DNA of 64,000 nucleotides from an uncultured Gammaproteobacteria bacterium (GTDB lineage Bacteria; Pseudomonadota; Gammaproteobacteria; Pseudomonadales; Azotimanducaceae): NCBI GenBank assembly GCA_963735085.1, contig CAVTJP010000005.1, positions 1,213,001 to 1,277,000 of the forward strand, read 5' to 3'. Shown piece by piece: positions 54,042 to 64,000 of this stretch (position 1 is its first letter; each line of letters starts with the position of its first letter). The notes under the pieces were generated by a model. It saw only the letters and a program-made list of their open reading frames with translations, ran no database searches and was not told where the DNA came from. The position numbers and the translations under genes were made by a program.

Positions 54042-56215
54042 ATGGTGTCATCGAGCTGTCGAACCGCACTCGCGTTTGCGCTGTTGTTGTTGGCTGCGCA
54101 GGCGTCGTTTGCAGAAGCAGGGGCCGACGCATCACCATCAGGATCACGCCCTCGTGTCGGTCTGGTTCTCGGCGGCGGAGGCGCGCGCGGCGCGGCAAAT
54201 ATCGGGGTGCTGAAGGTGCTGGAGCGCGAGCACATTCCAATCGACGCGATTGCCGGCACCAGCATTGGCGCCATCGTCGGCGGTCTGTACGCAGCGGGCT
54301 ATTCCCCGGACGAAATCGAAGCCGCCGTGGGCGCCGTCGACTGGGTGGACATCTTCAGCGACGCTACGGCGCGTCCCGATTTGCCGATGCGGCAGAAGGA
54401 GACCAACCTCGGCATTCTGGCTAACCTCGAAATCGGCGTGAACGATGGACGGGTCACGTACCCGACCACCTTGGTTCGCGGTCAGAAGCTCGAGTTGTTT
54501 CTTCGCCGCATGTTTCTCGGCCGGTCCAACGTTGCCAACTTCGACGAACTGCCGATCCCGTTTCGTTGTGTCGCCACCGACATCGGCGTTGTCGCGCCGG
54601 TGGTCTTTTCATCTGGCGACCTCGAACTCGCAGTGCGCGCCAGCATGGCCGTGCCTGGCGCGTTTGCGCCGGTGCACGACCAAGGCAAGATCCTTATCGA
54701 TGGCGGTGTCGTCGACAACGTGCCCATCGACGTTGCGCGCAGCATGGGGTCGATGTGCTGATCGTGGTCGACGTGTCACAGCCGCTTGCGCCTGCAGAAT
54801 CCGTCACCTCGAGGCCGCAGATTCTGCTGCAGATGGTGAGCGGCTTGATGCGCGACCATACTCAGGCAAGTCTCGAAACATTACACAGCAGCGATGTGCT
54901 GCTGCGTCCGCAGCTGGGCTCGCTGACCAGCGCCGGGTTCATGCAAATGAAGGCGGGTGTACAGCCGGGCGTCGCCGCTGCGAATGCGTCGCTCGAGCAG
55001 TTGCGCAAGCTCGCCATAGGCGAGCAGCAATACGTCGCGTGGCAAGATCATCAAAGGCACCGCCCGATTCAGGATCCGACGATCTCGTTTGTGCGGGTCG
55101 CGAGCAGCGAAAGCCGCACATCGCGGTACGTCCGTGATCGCATCAGTGCGAAAGCTCACGAGCCGCTCGACGTCGACCAGCTCGAGCGCGACATCACCCA
55201 AGCGTATGGCCGCGGCACCTACGACTCGATCGGCTATCGGCTCGCGCAGAACGCCGGTGACAATACGGGTCTGGAGGTTACGCCCCTCGACACGGAACTC
55301 GGCCGAACTCTGTTTCGGTTGGGTCTGCAGGTGAACGACGACTTCACCGGTCATGACGACTATCAGTTCGACATCGAAGGACGTGTGACCGGACTCAATT
55401 CCAAGGGTGCCGAGTGGCGCACGTTTGTGGGAGTCGGGCGTATCGGTGGTGCGTCCAGCGATGTCTATCTGCCGTTTGGTTCGCGCGGCGCCTGGTTCGT
55501 CGATCCAAGTCTCAGCTATACCGCGACGAATCAGCCATTGACCTTTGAGGACCGCGATGTCGCGGATTATCGGGTATCGAGTTCGCTTGCAGACGTGCGT
55601 ATCGGTCGCGATCTGACCGACAAGCTGCGTGTCTCGGCCTCGTTGCTGCGTGGCGCAGACAACGGCAAACTGCTGGTCGGAGATCTACGCCTGCCGAGTC
55701 GTGTGCACGCGGACCTTGGCGGCGTCGGGATGGCCGCATTGTGGGACAGTCTCGACAACGTTCGCTTCCCGCTGTCGGGTGTGCGCGCCGAATTGAGCTA
55801 TTCCGAATATTCGACGCGGCTGGGCTCCAGCAACAACGGCAACCTGCTGCGCTTTTCGTTCGACGCACCGCTGACCTACGGTGCCAATACGCTGATGTTC
55901 GGGATGCGCGCGTCGCTTGAACCGCACAACGTCGACGCCTATCAGACCGAATCCACGCTCGGCGGCCTGTTCTTTTTGTCGGGGTTGAACGAGCGCCAGT
56001 TGCTCGGCGACAACGACCTGCTGTTCCGCGCGATTTACTACCGTCGTCTGAATCCGGCACGCTCGCTGCTGCGGCTGCCTCTGTATCTGGGAACAAGCTT
56101 GGAGGGCGGCAATGTCTGGGAGAACTATGACGACGTGTCATTACACGATCTAATCGGTGCTGCCAGCGTGTTCTTCGGCATCGATCTGCCGATTGGTGCG
56201 TTGCAGTTGGACTAA
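54042..56215 (+). pseudogene. PlpD-like patatin phospholipase autotransporter (type Vd), interrupted by a 1-nt frameshift
   Basis: ORF 54042-54761 carries a signal peptide and patatin motifs (GGGGARG, GTSIGA, DGG). ORF 54566-56215 in the next frame continues ...[10 protein letters not shown], then a POTRA-like region and an Omp85-type barrel. The two frames join at the GGGG run at 54746-54749. Confidence 0.8.
54746..54749 (+). other. Frameshift site (G4 homopolymer; 5 G would restore the frame)
   Basis: Frame 0 reads ...ARSMGSMC*. The shifted frame reads ...[14 protein letters not shown] fifth G would give [14 protein letters not shown], the conserved patatin C-terminal block. Confidence 0.75.
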
Positions 56216-56329
56216 GGGCATACGTTCGAACGGTGACAACGCGATTTATCTGACGTTCGGTTCGCTCGTATTGCCTCGATTACATTAGGGTAGCGTGCCA
56301 TATGATCCTGGTCCAAAAGAGGAGCAAAC

Positions 56330-57076
56330 GTGAGTCGTACGTCTGTCGAAATCCAAACCGCTGACGGAGTGTGCCGCGCGTCAGTCTTTCGTCCTGCCGG
56401 TAATGGTCCGTGGCCCGGCGTCATCGTCTATATGGATGGGCCGGGCATCCGTCCGGTGCTGTTCGACATGGGCGAGCGCATCGCGTCGAGCGGGTATCTC
56501 GTGCTGCTGCCAGACCTTTTTTATCGCGCCGGTCCATACGCCCCCGTAGACGTCAAGACGTTGTTCAGCGATCCGGAAAAGCGCGCCGCTCACGGCCGCC
56601 TCTTCACCAGCACGAGCAATGCAAAGGCCGCCGCCGACACGCGCGCGTTCATCGACTACATGGATGACTGCGGCGACCTGCATGGCTCAGCGATTGGTGT
56701 GACGGGTTACTGTATGGGAGGTGGCATGGTATTGACTGCCGCCGCAACGTATCCGGATCGAATCGCGGCGGCCGCGAGTTTTCACGGCGGGCGTCTGGCG
56801 ACCGACGCCCAGGACAGTCCGCACAGACTCGTAGCAAGCATCAAAGCAAGGGTGCTGGTCGCCGGCGCCGAAAACGATCGAGGCTTTCCGCCGGAGCAGG
56901 CGGACACGCTCCGCAGCGCGTTGGCCGCCGCGCACGTCGACCATCGCGTGGAAATCTGGCCGGGTGCAGCGCACGGCTGGACGATGAAGGACATTCCGGT
57001 CTACAACGAGACGGCCGCGGAACGGCACTGGAGCGAAATGCTCGCGCTGTTCGATCAAACGTTGAAGGAGCCGTGA
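56330..57076 (+). CDS. Dienelactone hydrolase family protein
   Basis: GYCMGG nucleophile motif, C-terminal HGW. GTG start. Confidence 0.85.
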   Translation: MSRTSVEIQTADGVCRASVFRPAGNGPWPGVIVYMDGPGIRPVLFDMGERIASSGYLVLLPDLFYRAGPYAPVDVKTLFSDPEKRAAHGRLFTSTSNAKAAADTRAFIDYMDDCGDLHGSAIGVTGYCMGGGMVLTAAATYPDRIAAAASFHGGRLATDAQDSPHRLVASIKARVLVAGAENDRGFPPEQADTLRSALAAAHVDHRVEIWPGAAHGWTMKDIPVYNETAAERHWSEMLALFDQTLKEP

Positions 57077-57129
57077 GCGCGGCGACTAATCGTCGCGCAT
57101 CGTGCTGACGACGTTACGGTCGCCAGCCT

Positions 57130-59232
57130 TCAGTTCACTTTCAAGGCCGCCAGCAGTTCCGGCTGTGAGTGGATTGGCAGCGAACAGGAGAGGCCCTTGC
57201 AAATGTATGCCGTACATTGCCGCTGCTTCTCAGCGGAAACCAGGCGCGGCATGTAACTCGGCATCACACCCGAGTCCTCGTACGGAATCCCGAACGCGTA
57301 CCGCCAGGGTCGATACCCTGAGCGGACGGGTCGCAGCCAGTCGTCGAGTTCGTCTCTGGGGCCACGGACGATGATCAGTTCCGGTGGCGTCACTTCGTCT
57401 TCGAGCGCGGACAACAGCGTGGAGTGTCCGGCGGGATGCTGCTCCATCGCCGTCCGCGCCCAACGCAGTGTGCCGCTTGCCGCGTCGAGGTAGCGCGTTT
57501 CGCCGAGCAGGTGGCCAAGTAGATTCAGCGCGCGCGCGAGCACCCCGTTACCGGGTGGCATCGCGTCGTCGGCGGATGGCTTCGGGCGATGGATCAGGCT
57601 CTCGTGATCATGCGCGGTGAAGAAGAACCCGCCTGCATCGGAGTCGTAGAAGCGCGCGATGACGGAGTCGGCGAGGCGCTTTGCAAGGCGGATATCGGCG
57701 TCGCGCCAACGCACCTGCAGCAGCGCGAGCAGTCCGTCGATCAGATTCGCGTAGTCGTCGAGATATGCAGGATGACGCGCATGGCCATCGCGCCAGGTGG
57801 CATACAGCTGTCCGTCGATGATCATCCGCTTGCCGACGAAGTCGACGGCTCGCGTCGCCGAATCGATCCACGTCGATTCGCCAAGCACCAGTCCTGCCTT
57901 TGCCATACCGCGCATCGCGATGCCGTTCCACGCGGTCAGGATCTTGTCATCCTTTGCTGGTGGCACTCGCTGACTGCGCGCCTCGAACAGTTTCGTCCGC
58001 GCGCTCGACAGCAACGCATCGGCTTCGTCCCGCGACATCGCGAGGCGGTCGACCACCGCGTGCCACGCGTCGCTGCGATGCAGGTTCCATTTGCCTTCGA
58101 AGTTTGCCGGCTTGTCGAGACCGTATAGCGTTTCGATGACGAGGTATTCGTCGTCCGTCAGCAGCCGCTTGACCTCATCGCGGCGCCAGACGTAGAACTT
58201 GCCTTCCTCGCCTTCGGAATCTGCATCGATTGCGCTGAAGTAACCGCCGTCGTCGTGCTGCATCTCGCGCATCAGCCACGCGGCTGTTTCACGCACCGCA
58301 CCTTCGAACAAGGGGTCGGGGCCGATCGCCAGCGCATCCGCGTAGACGCCGAGCAAAGCACCGTTGTCGTACAGCATCTTTTCGAAGTGCGGGATCATCC
58401 ACTGCGCATCCGTCGAGTAGCGGCAGAAGCCGCCGCCGATGTGGTCGTAAATGCCACCGCGCGCGATGTGCGTCAGCGTGATCATCGCCATCTCGAGTGT
58501 GTCGCGATCTTTCGGCGGTGTGAAAGCCCAATGCCGCAGCAACCGTTCGATCGTCGCCGGCATCGGAAACTTTGGCGCCCCGCCAAACCCGCCGTTGCGC
58601 GCATCGTATGCGGAAGCGAGTTGATCTCGCGCCAGCTTCAGCAGCACGTCGTCCTTCAGATTGCCGGGCACAGTCTGCGGATTGAGGCCACCGAGCACGT
58701 TCGTCAGCTTGGTGCCATTCGCGGCGAGTTCGTCGTGCTGATCACGAAATACCTGTGCTATGCGCAGCAGCAGATCGACGAAACCAGGTAACTGATAGCG
58801 CGGTGTTTTCGGGAAATACGTCCCACCAAAAAACGGAATCAACGTGTTGGGGTCGAGGAACATCGTCAACGGCCAGCCGCCGGCCTGCTGCGTCATCAAC
58901 TGGTGCGCGGTCTGATACACCTTGTCGAGGTCCGGGCGTTCCTCGCGATCGACTTTGATATTGACGAACAGCTCGTTCATCGTTTCGGCGGTCGCAGGAT
59001 CCTCGAACGATTCGTGCGCCATGACGTGGCACCAATGACACGCGGAATAGCCGATCGACAGCAGAATCGGCTTGGCTTCGTCACGCGCCTTCGTAAGCGC
59101 GTCGGCACACCACGGATACCAGTCGACGGGATTGGCTGCGTGCTGCAGCAGATAGGGGCTCGTTTCATCGGTCAACCGGTTCATGCCGGATGCCATCGCG
59201 ATGATGTCCTGGGCACTTGAGATATCGGGCAT
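57130..59232 (-). CDS. Thioredoxin-domain (DUF255) / six-hairpin glycosidase-like protein, YyaL family
   Basis: N-terminal [17 protein letters not shown]...[16 protein letters not shown], then a long alpha/alpha-toroid-like region. About 690 aa, as in YyaL/SPATA20 homologues. Confidence 0.85.
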   Translation of the reverse strand: MPDISSAQDIIAMASGMNRLTDETSPYLLQHAANPVDWYPWCADALTKARDEAKPILLSIGYSACHWCHVMAHESFEDPATAETMNELFVNIKVDREERPDLDKVYQTAHQLMTQQAGGWPLTMFLDPNTLIPFFGGTYFPKTPRYQLPGFVDLLLRIAQVFRDQHDELAANGTKLTNVLGGLNPQTVPGNLKDDVLLKLARDQLASAYDARNGGFGGAPKFPMPATIERLLRHWAFTPPKDRDTLEMAMITLTHIARGGIYDHIGGGFCRYSTDAQWMIPHFEKMLYDNGALLGVYADALAIGPDPLFEGAVRETAAWLMREMQHDDGGYFSAIDADSEGEEGKFYVWRRDEVKRLLTDDEYLVIETLYGLDKPANFEGKWNLHRSDAWHAVVDRLAMSRDEADALLSSARTKLFEARSQRVPPAKDDKILTAWNGIAMRGMAKAGLVLGESTWIDSATRAVDFVGKRMIIDGQLYATWRDGHARHPAYLDDYANLIDGLLALLQVRWRDADIRLAKRLADSVIARFYDSDAGGFFFTAHDHESLIHRPKPSADDAMPPGNGVLARALNLLGHLLGETRYLDAASGTLRWARTAMEQHPAGHSTLLSALEDEVTPPELIIVRGPRDELDDWLRPVRSGYRPWRYAFGIPYEDSGVMPSYMPRLVSAEKQRQCTAYICKGLSCSLPIHSQPELLAALKVN

Positions 59233-59280
59233 GATAGCCGATTACCCGCTGCCCGGTTTCGACCGGCTCGATGGAGCACC

Positions 59281-60444
59281 GTGGACCATTTGAAACTGAA
59301 GGCCGAACACGAGCGCCGTGTAAAACGCGGCCATCCGTGGGTGTACTCGAACGAAATCGATGTCGCCGCGACGCCGTTGAAGGAGCTTGCACCCGGCGCG
59401 ACCGTGCGCGTGGTGGCAAGCGATGAGGCGTTGATCGGATATGGTCATGCGAGTCCGGCGAACCTCATCGCCGTGAGGTTGCTGAGCCGCGAAGCGGTAG
59501 TTGCAGACGATCTGATTGCGCGGCACCTGGAGCGTGCCTTGCAATGGCGCGAACGGATTTACCGGCAACCATACTATCGGTGGGCGTACGGCGAAGGCGA
59601 TGAGTTGCCGGGGCTGGTTGTGGACCGTTACGGTGATGCCTGTGTCGTGCAGACCTCAACATGGGGCATGGAGGCCGCGCTCGAACAGATCGTTGCAGCC
59701 ATCGATGCGCTCGCGGCACCGACAACGCTGGTGATCAAGAACACCAGCAGCGCGCGCGTCGCGGAAGGTCTGCCGGCCTACGTCGATGTGCGTCGCGGCA
59801 ATCCGGAGGCGTTGGTGATCGAGGGCGACGCGAGTTTTTCGGTACATCTGGCCGAGGGCCAGAAGACGGGCTGGTTTTTTGATCAGGCGGACAATCGCGC
59901 GCGCTTTGCCGAGATCTATCAGGGTGCGCGTGTGCTCGACCTGTACAGTTATGTCGGCGGCTGGGGGGTACGCGCGGCGTTGCGCGGCGCGGGTCGGGTC
60001 GTCTGCGTCGACTCATCCGAGGCCGCTGTTGCCGCGACGAGCGCAAACGCGGATCGCAACGGAGTGGGTAGTTCAGTAGCAGCCGTCCGCGCGGACGTGT
60101 CCGATTACCTGGCTGACCACAATGAAAAGTACGACGTGGTGGTGCTCGATCCGCCCGCGCTGATTCGGCGCCGCAAGGACATCAAAGGCGCCAGTGCCCT
60201 ATACCGACACCTCAATCGAGCCGCGATCGCGGCGCTGGCGCCGGGTGGCCTGCTGGTGACGTGTTCGTGTTCCGCACAACTCGATGCGTCAACGCATCTC
60301 GGCATCGTGCGTGCCGGCGCGCGGCAAGCGCGGCGCGATCTGGTCGTTGTCGGTCGCGGCAGCATGCCGGCAGACCATCCGGTACATCCGCTGATCCCTG
60401 AAAGCGAGTATCTGAAGTGTGTTTTCCTGCGCGCAACCGGTTGA
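59281..60444 (+). CDS. rlmI: 23S rRNA (cytosine1962-C5)-methyltransferase-like (PUA + class I MTase)
   Basis: RGHPWVYSNEI PUA-region motif, QKTGWFFDQ, VLDLYSYVGGWG motif I, DPP, CSCS catalytic cysteine region. Confidence 0.8.
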   Translation: MDHLKLKAEHERRVKRGHPWVYSNEIDVAATPLKELAPGATVRVVASDEALIGYGHASPANLIAVRLLSREAVVADDLIARHLERALQWRERIYRQPYYRWAYGEGDELPGLVVDRYGDACVVQTSTWGMEAALEQIVAAIDALAAPTTLVIKNTSSARVAEGLPAYVDVRRGNPEALVIEGDASFSVHLAEGQKTGWFFDQADNRARFAEIYQGARVLDLYSYVGGWGVRAALRGAGRVVCVDSSEAAVAATSANADRNGVGSSVAAVRADVSDYLADHNEKYDVVVLDPPALIRRRKDIKGASALYRHLNRAAIAALAPGGLLVTCSCSAQLDASTHLGIVRAGARQARRDLVVVGRGSMPADHPVHPLIPESEYLKCVFLRATG

Positions 60445-60520
60445 CGCGCAGCGATCCAGTTTGCCAGCTTCGCCGGAATTGAGCAGACTTCCATAGCAAT
60501 TTGTGTGGGAGATCGGCACA

Positions 60521-61009
60521 GTGGTCGATGCCGATGGTTTCAGGCCGAACGTAGGGATTGTCGTCTCCAACGACATGGGTAAGGTGCTGTGGGCGCGCCG
60601 TATCGGCGGACGCGACGCGTGGCAGTTTCCACAGGGCGGTATTCAGGAACACGAGACGCCCGAGCAAGCTCTATACCGGGAGTTGCACGAAGAGGTCGGG
60701 CTGGACGAGCGCTGCGTAAAGATCCTGGCCTGCACGTCCGGCTGGTTACGCTACCGGTTGCCGAAGCGATTGCGGCGGCACAACTCGGTGCCTGAATTCA
60801 AAGGGCAGAAGCAGAAGTGGTTTCTGCTGAAGATGATTGCCGACGACGAGTGTGTTTGTGTGACGGCTTCTGGAAAGCCGGAGTTCGACGATTGGCGTTG
60901 GGTCAGCTATTGGTATCCTGTCAGCCAAGTAGTTGAATTCAAGCGCGATGTCTACCGTCAGGCACTAAGGGAACTCGCACCCAGACTGGTCGTAGCCGCT
61001 CGCCGCTAA
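60521..61009 (+). CDS. rppH: RNA pyrophosphohydrolase (Nudix)
   Basis: [15 protein letters not shown]...WQFPQGGI...[12 protein letters not shown] aligns with E. coli RppH. GTG start at 60521 (alternative 60503). rppH-ptsP synteny. Confidence 0.9.
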   Translation: MVDADGFRPNVGIVVSNDMGKVLWARRIGGRDAWQFPQGGIQEHETPEQALYRELHEEVGLDERCVKILACTSGWLRYRLPKRLRRHNSVPEFKGQKQKWFLLKMIADDECVCVTASGKPEFDDWRWVSYWYPVSQVVEFKRDVYRQALRELAPRLVVAARR

Positions 61010-61024
61010 AGGACAAGCGACTCC

Positions 61025-63310
61025 ATGCTCGAAACCCTGCGCAGCATCGTTCAGGACGTCAATTCGGCGCCGACGTTCGGTCATGCGCTGGATGTCATCG
61101 TGTCGCGGGTCCGCGCGGCGATGGGCACCGAAGTCTGTTCGATCTATCTGGCGGACGCAGCCCGCGATCGTTACCTGTTCTGCGCCACGGAGGGTCTCAA
61201 CAAAGACGCGATCGGCCATCTGTACCTCGAAAGCGGTCAGGGCCTCGTCGCACTCGTCGGCAGCCGCGCCGAACCGATCAATCTCGAAGACGCGACACGC
61301 CATCCAAGCTTCCACTATCTGCCTGAGATCGGCGAGGAGCCGTTCCATGCATTTCTCGGCGTGCCGATCATTCAGCAGCGCCGGGTGCTCGGCGTACTGG
61401 TGGTGCAACAACGCGGTCGCCGCCGCTTCGATGAAAGCGAAGAAGCGTTTCTCGTCACGCTGTCGGCGCAATTGGCCGGCGTTATCGCGCACGCCGAAGC
61501 AACTGGCGATGTCGCGCATCTCGGAGAAGGGCCGGCGGAACGCCAGGACGCGCGATTCATCGGAGTGCCTGGCGCGCCCGGCATCTGTATGGGCGCTGCT
61601 GTCGTCATTCACCCGAAGGCGGTCCTCGAGAGCGTTCCGGATCGAGATGCGGAAGACGTTACCGTCGAACTGATGCTGTTCGACCGCGCGATCTCCGAGG
61701 CGCGCGACGATATTCTGAGAATTCGCAGTCTGCTGTCGCAGACCCTGGCACCGGAAGAACTCGCGCTGTTCGATGCATACGTGCACATGCTCGACGATGC
61801 GGCGTTTGCGGGTGAGGTGCGTGGCCGCATTCGTAACGGTCAGTGGGCACAGGGCGCGTTGCGGCAGGTGATCATGGAACACGTCCGCGCGTTCGACAGC
61901 ATGGAGGATTCGTATCTGTCCGAGCGCGGTGCCGATGTGAAGGAGCTTGGCCAGCGCGTGCTCGCCTATCTACAGGATCTGCGGCAGAAGAAAATACATT
62001 TCCCGGACGCGACGATTCTGATCGGCGAAGAAGTAACGCCGGCGATGATTGCCGAGATACCGCCGGAAAAGCTCAAAGGGATTGTGGCGCAGCGGGGCTC
62101 TGGCAACTCGCACATTGCGATCATGGCGCGCGCGCTCGACATTCCGTGTGTGATGGGTGCGCTCGACGTGCCGCTGTTCGGTGTCGATGGCCGGCCGCTG
62201 ATCGTCGACGGATTCCTGGGCCAACTGTTCGTCAATCCGTCGACGCACGTTGTCAATCACTACCAGGATTTGATGGAGGAGGAGCGCGAGTTCTCCGAGG
62301 AACTCAAAGAGCTCAAGGACTTGCCGAGCGTGACCCGCGACGGACGACGCGTCCAGCTATGGGTCAACATCGGCCTTGTCGGCGACATCTCCCGCTCGTT
62401 GGATCGCGGTGCCGAAGGGATCGGTTTGTTTCGTACCGAAGTGCCGTTCATGACGCTCGATCGATTCCCCACCGAAGAGGAACAGCGCGTGATTTATCGT
62501 CAGCACATGGAGGCGTTCAGCCCGCACCCGGTCACGATGCGCACGCTCGATATCGGCGGCGACAAGGCGCTGTCGTATTTTCCGATTCACGAAGAGAATC
62601 CGTTTCTCGGCTGGCGCGGCATCCGCGTCACGCTCGATCATCCGGAAATTTTTCTCGCCCAGGTGCGCGCGATGATCAAGTCGAGCGCCGGGCTCAGCAA
62701 TCGCCTGCGCATCATGCTGCCGATGATCTCGAGCGTGAAGGAAGTGATCGAGGCAAAACACCTCATCCAACGTGCATACGCGGAGGTGGTAGAGGAAGGC
62801 ATGGGCGTTCGGATGCCGGAGATCGGCGTGATGATAGAAGTCCCGGCCGCGGTGTATCAGGCGCGGCTGCTTGCGAAACAGGTCGATTTCTTGGCCGTCG
62901 GGTCGAACGATTTGACGCAGTACATGCTCGCGGTTGATCGCAACAACCCGCGTGTTGCGCCGCTGTATCGCGACCTGCATCCGGCCGTACTGCATGCGCT
63001 GCGCGACGTTGCAACGGCTGGGCACAGTGAGGGTAAGGTCGTCGGTATCTGCGGTGAATTGGCCGGTACGCCTACCGGCGCGGTGTTGTGTCTCGCGATG
63101 GGGTTCGACGTGCTGTCGATGAATTCGACGAACCTGCCACGTGTGAAGTGGGTGATCCGCAACATCTCGATGATGCAGGCGCGGCGCTGGCTCGTCAGCA
63201 TACTGCGCATGAGCCAAGTGGAAGAAATCGAGGAATTCATGCGCGAGGTGCTGATCGAAGCGGGACTCGGTCGCGTCGTACCGAATTACGATCCCAGTGC
63301 GAAGGCCTGA
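61025..63310 (+). CDS. ptsP: Phosphoenolpyruvate-protein phosphotransferase EI-Ntr (GAF + EI)
   Basis: N-terminal GAF domain, GSGNSHIAIMARAL phospho-histidine motif, and a C-terminal PEP-utiliser TIM barrel (FLAVGSNDLTQY). Confidence 0.93.
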   Translation: MLETLRSIVQDVNSAPTFGHALDVIVSRVRAAMGTEVCSIYLADAARDRYLFCATEGLNKDAIGHLYLESGQGLVALVGSRAEPINLEDATRHPSFHYLPEIGEEPFHAFLGVPIIQQRRVLGVLVVQQRGRRRFDESEEAFLVTLSAQLAGVIAHAEATGDVAHLGEGPAERQDARFIGVPGAPGICMGAAVVIHPKAVLESVPDRDAEDVTVELMLFDRAISEARDDILRIRSLLSQTLAPEELALFDAYVHMLDDAAFAGEVRGRIRNGQWAQGALRQVIMEHVRAFDSMEDSYLSERGADVKELGQRVLAYLQDLRQKKIHFPDATILIGEEVTPAMIAEIPPEKLKGIVAQRGSGNSHIAIMARALDIPCVMGALDVPLFGVDGRPLIVDGFLGQLFVNPSTHVVNHYQDLMEEEREFSEELKELKDLPSVTRDGRRVQLWVNIGLVGDISRSLDRGAEGIGLFRTEVPFMTLDRFPTEEEQRVIYRQHMEAFSPHPVTMRTLDIGGDKALSYFPIHEENPFLGWRGIRVTLDHPEIFLAQVRAMIKSSAGLSNRLRIMLPMISSVKEVIEAKHLIQRAYAEVVEEGMGVRMPEIGVMIEVPAAVYQARLLAKQVDFLAVGSNDLTQYMLAVDRNNPRVAPLYRDLHPAVLHALRDVATAGHSEGKVVGICGELAGTPTGAVLCLAMGFDVLSMNSTNLPRVKWVIRNISMMQARRWLVSILRMSQVEEIEEFMREVLIEAGLGRVVPNYDPSAKA

Positions 63311-63313
63311 TGG

Positions 63314-63367
63314 ATAAGGGGGGTCAGAACAACTTCCCGCCGCGGGAAGTTGTTCTGACCCCCTTAT
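63314..63367. terminator. Long near-perfect hairpin between convergent ptsP and the NRDE gene (putative bidirectional terminator)
   Basis: ATAAGGGGGGTCAGAACAACTTCCCGC / GCGGGAAGTTGTTCTGACCCCCTTAT are ~25-nt arms with one extra G and a very short loop. There is a TCTCTTCTTTT run on the plus side. It overlaps the stop codon of the minus-strand gene. Confidence 0.55.
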
Positions 63368-64000
63368 CTCTTCTTTTCCGACAGCGCGAACGTCTTATCG
63401 ACCCGTTGCAGCGCGGCGCCTTGCGGCCCGAAGGTCTGCTCGCTGAAATGCACGTGCGTGGTTCTGATCGTCACTGCTGTACTGGCGCGGGTCCCATACT
63501 CGTCACCACGAATGAACACCGGCGCGACGCGGCGTTCGAATTCGATATCGTTGCCGCGCTGCGGTAGCTCTGCGTCACTCGGCACGTTGTCGTCTACAAG
63601 CAATCCGATCAGATCGTCCGCGGAATAATCGCCGTTCACGAGGTGGCTCATCGCGCTCGTGCCGCGCGTGACTTTGGGCCATGCGTCGCCGTCGAGGTGG
63701 GTGTTCGCCAGCCCGTGAATACCGCTGGACAGCGCACGAGGCTTCTTCGCGTTGCGATTCGACGTGTACATCAGCTCGACGCCGTCCCACAGCAGCAGGC
63801 TGAACCCCCGGTACAGATCGTTGTCGATGCTTTCTGCATACACCCGGGCGCTGGCGTCGCCGCGCAGGAAGTTCGCCGTCAGATCGCCGCGCGTGCCCGG
63901 CGGTGTAGGACCTTCCGGCGTTTCGGAGAAATTGGTCACCGCTGCGAAGCGGCCACTGGTGGAGACACCGAGCCAGGTGCCGTGTGCGCTGAGATCGCGA
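63364..64000 (-). CDS. NRDE (TANGO2/DUF833) family protein, 5'-truncated by the window edge
   Basis: The reading frame is open to nt 64000 (…HGTWLGVSTSGRFAAVTNF…RGDL…YRGFSLLLWD…). NRDE-family motifs are present. Confidence 0.75.
   Translation of the reverse strand, partial: RDLSAHGTWLGVSTSGRFAAVTNFSETPEGPTPPGTRGDLTANFLRGDASARVYAESIDNDLYRGFSLLLWDGVELMYTSNRNAKKPRALSSGIHGLANTHLDGDAWPKVTRGTSAMSHLVNGDYSADDLIGLLVDDNVPSDAELPQRGNDIEFERRVAPVFIRGDEYGTRASTAVTIRTTHVHFSEQTFGPQGAALQRVDKTFALSEKKR

Noticed and set aside
54042-56215. Treating 54042-54761 and 54566-56215 as two independent genes
   Set aside because: The second ORF has no sensible start or RBS near the join. The amino-acid sequence continues seamlessly across a G4 run into the conserved patatin block, so a frameshift is the simpler explanation.
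1-64000. Searched for tRNA, rRNA, CRISPR repeats, IS elements, integrases and prophage genes
   Set aside because: None were found by eye. All intergenic gaps are under 210 nt and none shows cloverleaf-like or repeat-spacer structure. A tRNAscan-SE, Infernal or ISfinder run would be needed to exclude small elements formally.

Overview
This is a densely coding, high-GC proteobacterial chromosome segment of about 60 genes. Gene order resembles the Pseudomonas/Xanthomonadales-type gammaproteobacterial core. I found no rRNA, tRNA, CRISPR array, IS element or integrase.

**1-19.5 kb:** yggT-proC-yggS sit next to a consolidated twitching-motility block. It holds pilT-pilU, ruvX-yqgE, a TonB-family gene, gshB, then pilG-pilH-pilI-pilJ-chpA-chpC. 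An rsmE-metF-metK unit follows.

**19.6-44.5 kb:** this stretch is central metabolism and housekeeping.
- tkt-pgk-fba, and serA divergent from an FAD-linked 2-hydroxyacid dehydrogenase.
- rpiA, and ilvA followed by a translationally coupled three-gene amidoligase/peptidase cassette.
- def, a 5-formyl-THF cyclo-ligase, a clearly recognisable 6S RNA, zapA and a ZapB-like gene.
- ygfB-pepP-ubiH, and gcvT-gcvH plus a split gcvPA/gcvPB.

**44.5-57 kb:** this block looks accessory. It contains a GFA protein, an AraC regulator, two small-molecule-type methyltransferases, a VOC protein, SYLF, SnoaL-like, RDD and PQQ-propeller proteins, and a dienelactone hydrolase. It also contains a frameshifted PlpD-like patatin autotransporter and a 648-aa P-loop NTPase fused to a C-terminal TIR domain.

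**57-64 kb:** yyaL-like, rlmI, rppH-ptsP and a partial NRDE-family gene.

**Most interesting candidates:**
1. The orphan NTPase-TIR protein, a possible NADase-type immune effector with an unusual domain order.
2. The C39-like peptidase / RLAN-ATP-grasp / GCS2 ligase cassette, joined to ilvA by TTGA overlaps.
3. A Pil-Chp system with a sensor-less PilJ and no CheR/CheB.
4. The homopolymer frameshift in the type Vd patatin gene.

All calls rest on reading the translated ORFs and the DNA by eye. No database searches or computed statistics were run.
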